The notes under the pieces are model-generated. The model was given only the letters and a program-made list of their open reading frames with translations, was not told the origin of the DNA and did not search any database. From Callorhinchus milii (lineage: Eukaryota), in NCBI RefSeq assembly GCF_018977255.1, contig NW_024704743.1, positions 75,456,001-75,520,000 of the forward strand: DNA of 64,000 nt, in the 5' to 3' direction. Numbering within the stretch: position 1 is the first letter of the stretch; each line of letters starts with the position of its first letter. Positions 1 to 13,473 of the stretch are shown piece by piece. The position numbers were made by a program, and so were the translations under genes.

Positions 1-2370
1 CGGTTAATACATGTTACCCTGCAAACATTTCAACCCAAAGGATGCAATTGTTCTGGAAAATTGTTGCAAACATTCCCATTGTGCAAAATTGGATTTGAGC
101 AGATTAAAAACAGCTTATTTTCCGGGGGTGTTGACGGTGGGAATAAAACAATCTTGGTGTTTTCAAATAATGAATTACAAAAATCAAATAGACACTGAAT
201 ACTGGATAAATTCAAATTGTAAGGGTGCATAATCTCCCGGTTTAAATTAAAGAGGACTTTGCTACGTGACTTGGAACTATATTGCATCTGGGCCTTGGCT
301 GTAGAAGTGACAGAATCTGTGCATAGTAATGTTCCTTCGTATTGCATTCTTAACCTATCTGCATTGTTTTGAAAGTTCTTCATCTAAACAAAGTCACAAA
401 TTCACAGAGGAGTTTGATTACCTCAATCCATTATACACACAGCCAGTGATCTCACTGGTAACCATCTGTCATCTATTTCATTTGCATCATCAACACCTGC
501 CCTGTTTATATACTGCCTTCTTTTTCACAGAATTTACATCAATTTAATAAAATACAAAAATGTTATTGTTAGAATGAATCAATTTATTGTCCCCTGAATG
601 TCTCAATAGAATTTGCATTGCTTATAATTAAATATGGCCCATAATGATCTGTTCATGGCAAAACGACTTAATTCGTGTGTCAGTAATTAGTTATTATATA
701 TTATACTGCTGTTGAAGCCATGTATTGCTGATGTAGATAAAATAGCTTTGGGAGTCCCTGGTCATTAATCAGTGTTTTATTACAGTCCTCATCTTAACCC
801 TTGGAATACCAACATTTGCTGCCATTCATACCATAATAACATTATCTATCGGCTTTATAGGTCTTTACCCATTTTCCTTTCATGAATGCTTGTTTCTAAA
901 CATCTTTGCTCTGTGGAAAGACTTATAAGCAACAATAGACTTCACCATTACTTTTATTTGCTTTCTTCCATTGTTAATGTACTTTCTGTCCACTCTTCAT
1001 TTGGTCCTGTTGGATTATCCCCCACCTCTGGATCAAGAGGGGATCCAGAACACCCTCCTCCCAGGATTCACCCAGTGCTGCTGTGCAACTTGGCAGGAAG
1101 GCCCCGGTACTTTACCATTCAATTTCTCCTCCCTCCCCTCTGGAGAAGCAGTGTGTTTCTCAGTCTACATTTCCTGGTGGCAGTGCCAGAATTTGGAACC
1201 CACCATGTAGACAATTACAGGCATCAATGTGCATCCCAGATGTTGCTGCACAGTTGCTCTTGCTGACGTCCTTGCACAATATTAATGGTATTGAGCCTCT
1301 ATACACACCATCAGGTGGAACAATCATTCTATTTTCCTCCCTTTGGGAATTTACCTTTGCTACATTTTGGTAAGTCAATCTAGCAAATGCTATGCTGCAT
1401 TGTGAATTTCACCAGGTACTGAGTTTGGTTGATCTTGAGACACAAACCTGCAGGCAGTGTTGTAAACAACAAAGTCTTTGAATTGCTTATTTTAAAAACA
1501 TGACAAAATAATGCACAGTGCCAATTCTCCCACCTGACTGAATAATTTCCAAGGTCTGGTGATGATTCACAGTAATTCTAAGAATGGATTTTAAGCTCCT
1601 GCCAATGGAAAAAATAGTTCAGTCAAATGTCAGAAAAATTTACTCTGAAGTGTGGTTTGACAATCATATCATATTAGAGGCCCTCCATTGAAATAGGGAT
1701 CTTTGAGAATATTAAAGCATTCATTTAATCTCCTGTATCTCAGAGAACATTTTTGTAATTTTGAGAGAAAATGATTTGATAAAGTGAATGCCTCATGCTT
1801 CATACATCAATGGACATAATTTGGGGAAACCCTGGAGCATTTCTCCTGGAATGTGTTGAGTTTTGTTTCCAAGTGGGATGTTTCAAAAGAAGAAAACTGA
1901 AGCTGGAATTTGCCACTGTAACATAAAATGAGGAAAGAATTCTGCCCTGGAAAACTAACTTGAAACCTGAGGATGCTGGATCACATGTCCAATCTCACCT
2001 GATTCAATCTGCCTTCACTCCCCATGTTTTTAGTGTTAGTAGGGTCCCGCAGTATAAATCTTGACTCTTCATTCATTTTTCTCAATGAAAGGCATGCTTG
2101 AAAATGAGATGACTCTGGAACATGTCACACCAACAATGATGGGATTCAAAGTTATGGATAGGTCCATGGTATGAGCTCCTTGGAGGGGTATTTAATAATA
2201 ATAATAATAATAATAATCCTTAGATTTGATATAGTACCTTTCTTGGACATTTCAGAGCTTTTCACAGGAATAACTGTCCTTAAATTTAAGATTGTACAGA
2301 ATTTTGAAACAAGCTTACATCCAATCTTCATCCTGAAGCTGGTTCTCCCAACGGTTCTAGTCCCACTCCC

Positions 2371-2521
2371 AACAAAAACAGCAACAACTTGGATTTATAT
2401 AGCGCCCTCCACGCAGGACGGCGTCTCAGAGCGCTTGACTTATCCCCACAGGTTTGGACGCCTTTGGATGTCCTCCCTATGTGAAAGGCGCTTTACAAAT
2501 GTAATTTTGTTGTTGTTGTTG
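2371..2521. mobile_element. Two L2-type tail fragments in opposite orientation
   Basis: Minus-strand tail at 2371-2436 and plus-strand tail at 2455-2521 ending (ttg)n. Confidence 0.7.
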
Positions 2522-4159
2522 TTTATAGTTTTCTTTGTAAGATTGTGATCTAAGCCCACATTTAATTATTGTCAGGTTTGGGTATTGACATCCTTCCTTA
2601 GAATCTAAACAATTCATTGGTCTGAAGCCACATTTCAAAAATGTTCACTGTCAACCAGTCTTCCTTGACTTGGAGACTAGTTGGCAGGGTTTGAAGGCGG
2701 CAGCACACAATACTGTTTGAAGTAAATCACTATCCTGTTCTTTTAGCTGCCCTGAAGTGCCACTCAAGTCAAACATCAGGAATTGGGTGCTGGAAAAACC
2801 CTCATATAGCCATTAAGTGGAGGGAGGGGAGATAATTATCACTTCAGATTCATTATGAAATTACACAAATTTTACCCCATATAATTCTATAGTACAGAAG
2901 GAGGTTATTAACTAGGATCAAATGCATTTCAAATGGGATTGAGAAAGTAAACCTGGAACAATATTTTTTGATGTATCGACACAGCATAGAATCATAGAGT
3001 CGTAGAACCATAGAATTATGCAGCACAGAAGGAAGCCATTCTTCCCATCTTGTGCTGGCTCTTTTGAAAGCGATATCTAAATCAATCCCACTCCCCCCAG
3101 AAGAGAACAACTTGTATTTATAAAACACCTTTCATACAGGATAGCATCTCAGAGCTCTGCACACAGGTTAGGTTGGATGCTGAGCAAAGTATATGACCAC
3201 AAGTGAGGTTGAAGACATGGGATTTAAAGATAGTTAAAGAGGGGGTGAGGTGGAGAAATTGAGTCAGGGAGTTCCAGAGGAAGACAAGATAGGTTTAGAG
3301 TCGCAAAGGACATTTTCAAGATAGAAAGCAGGTAGTATTGCTTTACCCAGTAAAGAAAAACAGTTTGATGCTATGATGGGAAGACAGCAGGGTGGATATT
3401 CTATTTACCTGAACCAATCTTGGGATCTTATGATTTGAGAGAGAAAAGGTGTCATCATCATTGGTGAGCAGTCCTCAGCTCCTGTGAAAGCAAACAATAG
3501 CACAATGATGAGGTTTTCTGGGTATTATAACATATTTGCACTTACACTTATAGAGAAGACATGCACACCCTTTCACTGGCTCTTTCACTGGCACAATCAA
3601 ATTGTGAATTAAGAGTTTGATTTTGCAATATCTGTGTTCAGGTTTGGCTTTGACTGATTAAACATTGAGTATTATTGAAGAATGTAAACTTGATGTGTGC
3701 ATGTCAAGATGAGAAGGAAGAAAATAAAGAACTTTTTATTACGCCTTATCACATTGAACTGCAAAGCACTTCACAGGTAATTACTGTCAAGTGTGGTAAC
3801 TATTTTTGTATGCCAACGCAGGAGTTATGTCTGCCAGCACGCTCCCACAGCCTGCCATGAGGTGACTGATCAATTAATCTAGTGGATACTTGGCCAGGAC
3901 AGACACCACGAGAAACTCCCTATTTATTTCAGCGTGTCCAAACTTTGGCAAAATCTTGACTTTGATGTCGGTTTTCTGTGGTTCCTACAATAAATTTATA
4001 GAAACCAGGTTTTAACAAGAACAGGTAAGAGCCACTATCACGTTAACTTGTGTTCTGCTGTTTTGACATTTGCTGCTTTTCAAATGGATGTTAAAGATTG
4101 CATGATATTATTCAAAAAGAAAGGAGTTTTCAAATGAAATTTACTGCATTCACCAGCAA

Positions 4160-4690
4160 ATACAGTCACTACACTTTAGGGTAAATCCACTAAGGCTCTT
4201 TGAGACATTTTGATGACATAATAAAGCTCTGAATCTGAATCAAATGCAAGATTATTATTATTATTATTATTATAAACAGAGTAAATCTAGACCTAGGTGG
4301 AAATTTCTCCTTCCTCTTGCTTCTGAATGGAAGGAGTTTCAGGAGGTGGAGAAAAAACAAACTGACAGCAATGTTAGAAGATAATAATGATAAATAATCC
4401 TTGTATTTGATGTAGAACCTTATCACATCATTGACACGTCTCAAAGTGCTTCACAGAATATATCGTAAATTGAATTGATTGTATATTTTGTGGGCGAATT
4501 GTGGCAGACAATTGTACATAGGAGTGTCCCACAAACAGTTGTAGATGTAGTGAACACTTTTTTTTGGTTTGTTTCTATTTGAAGGATTATTACTCCTGGA
4601 AAGTGATCCACCAATCAACTAACAACCAGGTTGCTACTTACTGCTAGATGAACAGAGGCGTGTGCAGTAAGGAAACTTGCCCGAGGTTTC
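4160..4690. mobile_element. SINE tail (+, 4160-4273) and family A long variant (-, 4380-4690)
   Basis: (att)n tail; atccttgtatttgat... to gtaaggaaacttgcccgaggtttc. Confidence 0.75.
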
Positions 4691-4789
4691 TGTAAAGGGC
4701 CTTTCTGATACACAGGTGAGTGAGACTTTAGCTCTAAGCAGTTCTGATCACTGCAACATAAGTGGGCTACCCATGACCAAGACGCATTT

Positions 4790-5215
4790 CACAGGAATGC
4801 AATAAGGTTGAATTCCAGTGTTGAAGGAATGAGCAATGATGAGACTCGATAGGGCTCTTCAGCCTTGAAAGGAAACATGCCAGAGGGGGCTGTATAAAGG
4901 TCTATAAAAATTTAAATTGGATTGAAAAAATAAAGCCAGAGCAATACTTTCAGTTGCAGCAATACAGTACAAGAGGACACTCGTTTACACTTGTAAAGAA
5001 CAATTTAAGGGACAGACAGCAGATAACTTTACTATACCCAGAGGGTAATTTATGACTGGAACAGCTTCTCAGGAAGGGTGGTTGAGGCCAGGATGCTGGA
5101 CTCATTTGAAAAACAGCTTGATGTTGTGGTAGGAAGACATCACAGGGTAGGTGGGTATTTTGGATGGATGAGATCAATTGGGCCAAAGGACCTTTTCATC
5201 TGAACCTCTTTGGTG
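4790..5215 (+). mobile_element. CR1 LINE 3' fragment
   Basis: CR1-type 3' motifs: ctcttcagccttgaaagg, acaagaggacac, tggaacagcttc..gtggttgaggc, tgggccaaaggacctttt. Confidence 0.7.
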
Positions 5216-5237
5216 ATCTTGTGATGTGCTTCTTGTG

Positions 5238-5925
5238 CTAGGATGCACACTCCATCTCACCAAGCCAATAAGGAACCTAGGCGTTTTGTTTAACCCTCAA
5301 CTGTCCTTTCTCCCCTACATCCGTGCCATGACCTGCTCTGCCTTCCCCTACCTCTGCAACATTGCCCAACTCCACCACTGTCTCACCCCTCATACATGCC
5401 TGTATTGCAACCAAGCTCGACTATGCCAACTCCCTGCTTGTCGACCTTCCCAACTCTTCCCTCACAAGCTGTAGATCATCCAGAAATCTGCAGCTCATGT
5501 CCTCTCCTGTACCAGGCTCTGTGACCCCCATCACACCTACCCTTGCCTGACTCCACTAGCTCCACATTCCTCAGAGAATCAAGTTCAAAATTCTCGTCCT
5601 CATCTTCAAGGCCCTCCATGGCCTTGCCCCTTCCTACCTCTCTAAACTGCTAACCCCTTATCAACCTGTCCATTCCCACTGCTCAGCAGGCTCTGGCCTG
5701 CTCCATGTCCCCACCCAGCCCACCCCACCATCGGCAGTCGGGCCTTCAGCCGCTCTGCCCCCACCCTCTGGAACGCCATCCCACATTCCCTTCGCCTCAC
5801 TCCCTCCCTTGCCTCCTCCAAGATATGCGTCAAGACCCTGCCCTTCAACTGTGCCTTCGGCCACCCTCCTACCATCTCTGTCCTCCACCCCTCCTGATCG
5901 CCCCCCCACCCACCCCGCTCGGGCC
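5238..5925 (+). mobile_element. L2 LINE 3' fragment
   Basis: Homologous to 22110-22800 (GCTLHLTKPIRNLGVLF, TKLDYANSLL). Confidence 0.9.
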
Positions 5926-6604
5926 GTGACAATTCCATCCAATTTCGTGTCTCTTATTTACAAACTAAAATCCAATTGTTTGATTTAGTTCTGATTTACA
6001 GAGCGCTTCACCATTCACAGCAGAGACGCTAAAGTGCTACTCCAATCGAGGAGCATTTCCAGGTATTCTTTATTGTGGACACCCTGAGCAGCACAAAGCA
6101 GGAAGGAAACCTTTATTTAAAAAANTAATTTCTGTGTTCTCTTTGTTTCTTATCATTCGGTGATTGAAGTCAAGATATTTAATTTGCAATTTGGGAGGAG
6201 GAGGGGAATTGTGCATTGCAGCCTTGGCTGATACCCAAAGCTAGAATTTAGTACTGAATTCCCAGGGGGTCAGAAAGGCCACGCTGCACACAGCTGTGAA
6301 GAAACAGCAAGGTTCCTTAGTCTGGATACAATCTTTGTAAAGATTCATATCAGAATGCATGCAAGTCATCTTCCATATAGAAAATATTTTTTATCAACAC
6401 AAATTGTACAACAAATATTGGCCTATAAGTACACAGTCACTGCTCTTTACAGTTAAACCCTGTGAAGTGCTTTGAGGCATTTCAATGAGATGATGAGGTG
6501 CTTTATAAAATGCAAAGATTGTTATTATCATAAGAAGTTCGTTCACAATGTGTCTTTCAAATGCACACATTATTTACAAACTATTATTTGAATCAATAAA
6601 ATCA

Positions 6605-6979
6605 CGATCCTTGCTTTTGATATAGTAGCTGTAATAACGTTGAAAAATCTTAAAGCGCTTCACAAGTAATTGCTGCCAAATGTAGTGACTGTATATTTGT
6701 AGGCAAACACAACAGCCTATTTGCAAGGTCCTACCTATAGCTATGAGATGAATTACAAATGTGTGGGGAGGATTGTTGACCAGCACACCGGGAGAAACAT
6801 CCTTCTCTTTTTGAATAGTGCCATTCATCTGAAGAGGCAGATAGGACCTTAGTTTAATGTTCCAGCCAACAATGGACTGGAATATACAGCGCTAGGTCAT
6901 CTTAGACTAGGAGCTCAAAGTCCCAAAGTAGGCTTTCTGACCCTGAGGTGGGAGTGTCAGCACCTGAGCCAAGCTGGCA
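6605..6979 (-). mobile_element. DeuSINE family B
   Basis: Tail at about 6605, core, head ...ctgagccaagctggca. Confidence 0.7.
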
Positions 6980-7869
6980 ATAATAATGTAGTGTGGTACA
7001 CATTTGGATTGAATACACTGCAAGTCCAGTGTTAGTGAAAGGTGGCCTGGAGTTACTAATGTAGTAAACTCCTACTGCAGTAATACTAGAAGCTAAACCA
7101 GAATTGGTGGACTGTATTTCAAGAAATTTTGAATTCTACTGTAATACTAACAAGCAAAGGGAAGGTGACCATTTTGGAGACAGAATGTAATATTCACACA
7201 ACCCACTAATGCCTGAATGTGTATTGGGGCTGAATTTACAACCGTTGCTAACAGATTTGATGTGACAATTATCAAATTGAATCTATTATGAAATGGCAGA
7301 ATTTCTTTCCATTCTTCACTTTCAATGATTCACTTTCAACGCCATCTCAAGACAATACAGTTGTCATTTATGCAGCACTTTTCACGTCAGGAGGACATTG
7401 CAAAGCACTTTAAACTGTTGGCAGGCACTCGAGCCAGAGGCTGGGAGCTGAAGAGGGTGGGGACATGAAAGATGACCAAAAGTGTGGTCAAAGAAGTAAA
7501 TCTATAGACATATCTTGAATGGGGGGAGGGAGAGAGCAAGTTAGAGGGGATTTAACATCTGATCCGAAGAGCAGCACCTCCAACGATGAGGCACTCTCCC
7601 AGTACTGAACTGGATTATCAGCCTGGAATGTGAGTTCAAAACTGTGTGCAGTTCTGACTCCCTGCAAATTCAATTCTAAATTCTAGCATTGGGCATCAGC
7701 CAAGGCTGTAATGAACAAATCACCCCCTATTTGACTGCACTTTCAGTCATCTTTCCCCTGCCCACCCTCTACAGCACCCATTCCCCCCAGCTCGGGTGCC
7801 CAGCCAGCAGAGTAAAGTACATTGCGACTTCCTCCCAACATGAAAGGTAATGTACAAAAATAAATGTAT

Positions 7870-8270
7870 TGTAACAACAACAACTTGCATTTATTTAGTA
7901 TCCCTCATGCAGGTCAGCGTCCCAGAGCACTTGACAGTGGCAGAGCACGACGCCGAGCCCGGGGGAGGGGGAGATGATAGTAGGCATGGTTGAAAAGAAA
8001 GGTCTTCAAGCATAACCTGATGATGGGGAAGGAAGGGGCAAGGTGGAGGGATAGAGGAAGAATGTACCAGAGTTTCAGGGCTTCGTGGCTGAAAGCATGG
8101 CCACCGATAGTGTAACGGAGGGCATAAAGGACATGCAGAAGGCTGGAGCCAGTTGAACGGAGGCAGTGGGTAGTGGGTTGGGGGGTAAGCAGATCGGAAA
8201 GGTAGGGAGGTGCCAGGGCAAGAAGGGACTTGAAAATGACTGTGAGGATCTTGAAATTGATCTGTTTGGT
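7870..8270 (-). mobile_element. L2 LINE 3' fragment
   Basis: (aac)n tail followed by the purine-rich reverse complement of the L2 3' end (aggatcttgaaattgatc). Confidence 0.75.
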
Positions 8271-8856
8271 GATTGGACTTTAAAATTCAGCTTACCAACT
8301 TAGATTTTTTTGTAAGTGAGACAAATTTGAGTCCCGGTGTAAGCTGAACACTGGGACTTTAGCTTACTGTCTAGGCTGACACTCCAATGCAGTTCTGTGG
8401 GTTTTCCGCATTGTTGAAGATATAGTCTTTTAGATGAAATATTAATTTGTATTGACTGGTTTCAAGTTTTAATACCTCTAGAGTATTAGGATATTAATTT
8501 GCTCCATTAGACCAGTGGAGGCTCAGCTCAAAGGTTTCATCTTGAACAATAAAATATGATTTCTGGTATGGAGAGAGCATGGGTTTCATTATGATTCACA
8601 TGATTTTTCATTGCAGCAGCTGGAATTTACAATCAAATTTGTCTCACTTACAAAAAAAATCAAAGTTGGTAAGCTGAACACTAAATATCGCAAATTGCTT
8701 GTGATAATTATCACTGGAGTTAATTAGCACCAGTCCATGCTTATGAAACTTCACGAATTCATGACCATTATATATTATATATTTAATGGGCTGGGTGTCA
8801 ACCTGGCTGAACCTAAAGAATGAATCAAGGATACAAAGGCACCTTACTTCCATTGT

Positions 8857-9005
8857 GTGTCAGCCTGGTTAGTTGGTAACACTCTGGTCTTTTAGTCAGA
8901 AGGTTGTGGGTTGAAGTTTTACTTTAGCTCACTATCTAGGCTGACACTCTAATGCAATTCTGCAGGTGTTTTGCATTTGGTGGAGATGTAGTTTTTTAGA
9001 TGAGA
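8857..9005 (+). mobile_element. DeuSINE family B 5' fragment
   Basis: gtgtcagcctggttagttggtaacactc...tcagaaggttgtgggtt...ctgacactc. Confidence 0.72.
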
Positions 9006-10490
9006 AAGTTTGGACAATCTTTAATTGAGTCTTTATTTTGAAGTCGGTTTTCTATAGGAACTGCAGTAAACAAGCTTCAAGATTTAGACTGAATTTAAGA
9101 TATGTCCAAAAGTTGCACTTGCATCTGAAATGCGAAGAATAAATTCTAATGCTAGACACAGGGGGAATTTCTCCCCTATGTTCGTGACTCTTTCAAGTGC
9201 CAACAAGACCTGCAAGTTGTCAGCTCAAGGTTATGCTCTAAATACAATCAAGCAGCTGATAGTTGACATAAACTTTTTACAAATCAGACATCAGCCATTG
9301 CACGCGTCCATCTTGAGCTTACTCACCACCCCATAGCCCCTCCTGCCTTGATTTCCAATGTGGTGAAGCCTGAGGCAGGATCTGTGGTTGCCTGTGGCTA
9401 GAGTAAAGCACTGACAGGTCTGTGGTTGACAGCACAGGTTCCAGGGATTACTCTGTTGCCTGAAACCATCATTTTACACCTCTGAAGTGGCATAATGATC
9501 TATAAACAATAATGATAATAATAATCCTTGCATTTGATATAGCGTTTTCACATCTTCTAGACGTCTCAAAATACTTCACAGAATATACCGTAAAGTGAAT
9601 TGACTGTATATTTGTCAGCGAAAAAATACATGAATAATATCTATTGTACTCAAAATAAATTCAAGCAAATATACTGAAGTATTTTGCTTTCCAAACATGC
9701 AGCAAAATAATAGAGGGCTTTTGCTTTAATTTTTCTTAGATGTGCCTTAAACTTTGGCAAGGGGCGCTTAAAGGAGAATGCGACTAAGGATGTGGGTTTT
9801 GGTGTCCAAAATGGTGGATAAGATCCTGAAAGAGGAGATGGAGCAAGCTGATCTGAGTGAACTTTATTTCTTCCTGCAGCCAGCAGTCAAGTGTGACTAC
9901 AACAACAACTTACATTTATATAGCACCCTTCACGTGGGGTAGCATCCTGGAACGTTTCACAGTGGCGGAGTCTGACAACTAGTTCCTACTGGGGAAGTAG
10001 GAACTATCATCCTTACATTTGCTACAGTGCCTTTCACCACAGGAGGTTGTCTCAAAACGCTACAAAGGATATACTGAAAAGTGTAGTGAGTGACTGTGTT
10101 GTTGTGGATGACCATGACAGACCTACACACAGCAATTGCCCCCAAACTGCCATGAAATAAATGACCCATTTTATTTAGGGGACTGTTGGCAAGGACACAT
10201 GACGATGAGATACTAAATGAAAAAGAGTGCAATACTGATCCAGAGAGTAAGGGATTGGGCTCACCTGTTACCTTGTATTGGTTACCAGTGAAAGACTTAC
10301 ATTGTGCTTGTGAACACTCCGTCCTTTAGAGATATGATCCACAAAATCCAGAGACTGGACCCCGTGGGATGATCTGTTGAGTGATGGGTTTCTTCTCAAA
10401 CATGGCAGCCAGTTACTTTTATATCAGTTTAGTAAATAAGACAAGTTGTATAGTGTATATCATGGCAATGTTACATTCTTCATACAAGAT

Positions 10491-10768
10491 CTGTTTACCT
10501 AGCAGTAAGTAGGAACCCGGTTGTTAGTCGATTGGCAGATCGCTTTTCCGGGGATAGTAGTCTCTCAACAAAAAAAAATAATAATTTGGTCACTCAAATT
10601 GGTCATGACTGTTTGTGGGACACTGCTGTGTGCAATTGGCTGCCGCAATTTGCCCACAAATATGCAGTCAATTCACTTTACAATATACTCTGTGAAGCGC
10701 TTTGAGATGTCTAGAAGACATGAAAAGCACTATATCAAATGCAAGGATTATTATTATTTATATATTAT
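10491..10768 (+). mobile_element. DeuSINE family A, long variant, 5'-truncated
   Basis: Begins ctgtttacctagcagtaagtagg, followed by the core and tail. Confidence 0.85.
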
Positions 10769-11599
10769 AAGATACCTTCAATGTGCTCCATGTCCACCGA
10801 TCAGTCAATGCACAAAGATGATGACTAGTTCCTTATTGCAAAGATGTGTCACAATTTTGATCTCTTTATTTCATTCAATGTGGTCTAACTGTCTAAAACG
10901 CTTTGATGATTGCCTGCCTTTTAGAACCAAGGCAATATTATGGGCAGTGATCTATTCCAGTTCTACTTCTGCACACTAGTGCTACAGGAGTGATTTAAAT
11001 GGGGTATGATCATGAGAGAACATTATACTCTGGCAGAATTAAAGTCAAAACTGAATAATCCTAAATACAGACCATGTTCATTGCTGGAATTTAGGTTTCA
11101 AATTTGTAAAAAGGTGTTCCGTTATATCCTCCTTTAATTTCAAGTTTAATGATTCTTATGTTAACCATTATTGCTGCTTGGAAATGTGAACTCGTGGTAA
11201 TTTTGCTACGAGGGCTTTTGACTCTCAAGAACATCTTTCTAAGGTTGTCACTTCAGCCCAAATGTTAATCCCATTAGGAATATCTAGCTCAATAACACCC
11301 AGAAATGAATAGAAAGTGCATTTGGCACTTCAATGCCATTTGCCATTTCCTATCACCAAAACTGAGATCAGCACAGACCAGAGATTGTAGTAGAGTTTTT
11401 AATGGTTAGTATAGCTCAGTACCATACAGGCCAGTGGGTTTACCCACAGAGATATTGAAGGAATGGGAGGGTTACATTAGCAGCAACATTCACACTCATA
11501 CTTTAACATTTGGCTCATCGCAGGAGTCTCGTCACATGCAGTTGTCATACCCACAGCACTTGCCAAATATCATCAGACAAGCAATTCGCTCAAAAACCG

Positions 11600-11990
11600 A
11601 AAGCTGGCATGACTGTGATCACTCATGGTGATGATTGAGAACATTTCCACAGAGCCATCAACAACATCGGATTCACAAGCAAATTCACAAAGGATTGAGC
11701 TGTAGATGTGCACTACCTTTCCTGCATGTACTGACAAGAAGAATGCCAGATGGCTCAATAGGGACATCAATATACCATAAAGCAACACAAGCAGACCAAT
11801 TTATGAATTATAATTCTATTGCACCTATTGCAGATTCAATGAATAAGCCTATCACATCTGTTCAATTAAAAAGGAAACTAAGAGAAGATGAATTAAACTG
11901 TATTCACTTCCCTAAGGAGAAATAGTAACCCACGCCATTTTATAAAAGATGAACACAGAACAGTAATAACTTTCTTCCATAACTCCTGCA
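11600..11990 (+). mobile_element. Penelope-like retroelement fragment (RT thumb / C-terminal region)
   Basis: LPFLHVLTRRMPDGSIGTSIYHKATQADQFMNYNS resembles the Penelope motif LPFLDVLI.R..DG...T.VYRKPTHTD.YL.F.S. Confidence 0.7.
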
Positions 11991-12050
11991 AATTCAGGGG
12001 TTCAACCTAAAGAACGAATCAAGGATATAAAGCCACATTTCTTCCATCTT

Positions 12051-12250
12051 GTGTCAGCCTGGCTTAGTTGGTAGCACTCTTGCCTCAGAAGGCTGTAGGT
12101 TCGAACCCCATGTTGGGACTTTGAACTCATATAGTCTAGCTTGACACTCCGGTGCAGTGCTCGAGGTGGCTACTTTGTTGGAGGTGTTGTCGGATGAGAT
12201 GTTAGAACTGAGGTACTATATGCCTATTCAGGTGGATCTTAAAGATACCA
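12051..12250 (+). mobile_element. DeuSINE family B 5' half
   Basis: gtgtcagcctggcttagttggtagcactc...ggttcgaacccc...caggtggatcttaaagat. Confidence 0.78.
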
Positions 12251-12920
12251 CCGCATTTAAATGCTGTATTACAGGATTGAGTTAAGTCAGTATTCTGATC
12301 CAGAGCAGAAGTAAAGCAGAGAAAGCTTTAGGCCCAAATATTGTGCCCATGTCAGATGGATGGTCAATTCCACCTTTCCATTTATGTGGTGTCGCATATT
12401 AGATTTGATCTGATAATTAAGAAGTGCCACATTTTTTGGCAGAAAATGCAAATGTGTGATGTGCTCACATTGCCGGGTTTCATTTTCCAACAAGTTTTGG
12501 TGTGCATTCTCCTCTCGCTCTCTCTCCTCCGCCCCCATGAACTAAACCCAACATCTTCAGAACAATACACTGGTTTGGCCTGAAGCCAGCCGAGATGTTC
12601 TGATCAACGTTATCATTGTATCTGCTGTCAAGCTCGATGCTATTGGGCTAACTCAACCTGCAATAATGATCACATCACAGATTGCTTTCCTCAACCCGTT
12701 TATTATGGTTCAATTTTACCTTTGCCCTTTAGGATCATGAATACTTTAGTAAGATCTCCCCAGAGCCCTTGAGTGTAAATATTCTCAGCTTGGGTAGGTT
12801 CTTCTCGTAAGTCATCTACCTAATTTCAGCTATGAATCTCATTTTCTTTGCTGTACCCGCTCCAGTGCAAAGATGTCCAAATTGCAGTATGGTGATTATT
12901 CCAATATGTATTATTATTTC

Positions 12921-13224
12921 AGCTCAGTGGTAAGAGCACTCGCTTTGCAAGCGAAAGACCTGAGTTCAATTCCAGGCAGGAAAAAACCTTGGGCAAGTTT
13001 CCTTACTCCACACGCCTAATAATAATCCCTCCAAAACAAAACAATAATAAATTGGTCATTTTCAATCTACGACTGTTTGTGGGACATTGCTGTGCGCAAT
13101 TGGCTGCCGCGTTCGCCCACAAATATACAGTCAATTCACTTTACAGTGTATTCTGTGAAGCGCTTTGAGACGTCTAGAAGACATGAAAAGCACTATATCA
13201 AATGCAAGGATTATTATTATTATC
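12921..13224 (+). mobile_element. DeuSINE family A, slightly 5'-truncated, with TSD
   Basis: Near-identical to the reverse complement of 37008-37339; flanking repeat attatttcag at 12913-12922 and 13225-13234. Confidence 0.92.
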
Positions 13225-13473
13225 ATTATTTCAGTAATGCACAAATCAGTTACTTGTTTAGGGCAATTCCCAGGAGACTTACAGAAGTGGGCAATAATTT
13301 ATTGCATCTGTTACTGTCGTTTGGGAAGATGACTAACCATATCTTATAAGGGAGTCTCGGAGGAACAAGTGGACTTCAAGCATTCTGGCCAGTCGTGCAC
13401 TAACAGGTACCAACGAACTTTACATCCATTCAGCTTGATATCCTTGGCTGGTTGCCTTCCTTGTACAGCATTT

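Noticed and set aside
6125..6125. Single N bases (6125, 29515, 43891)
   Set aside because: Assembly ambiguities or joins rather than biology; adjacency across them should be treated with caution.
10521..10979. 152 aa ORF and similar ORFs at 13077, 51765 and 51991
   Set aside because: Translations of SINE bodies, with the recurring peptide [20 protein letters not shown].
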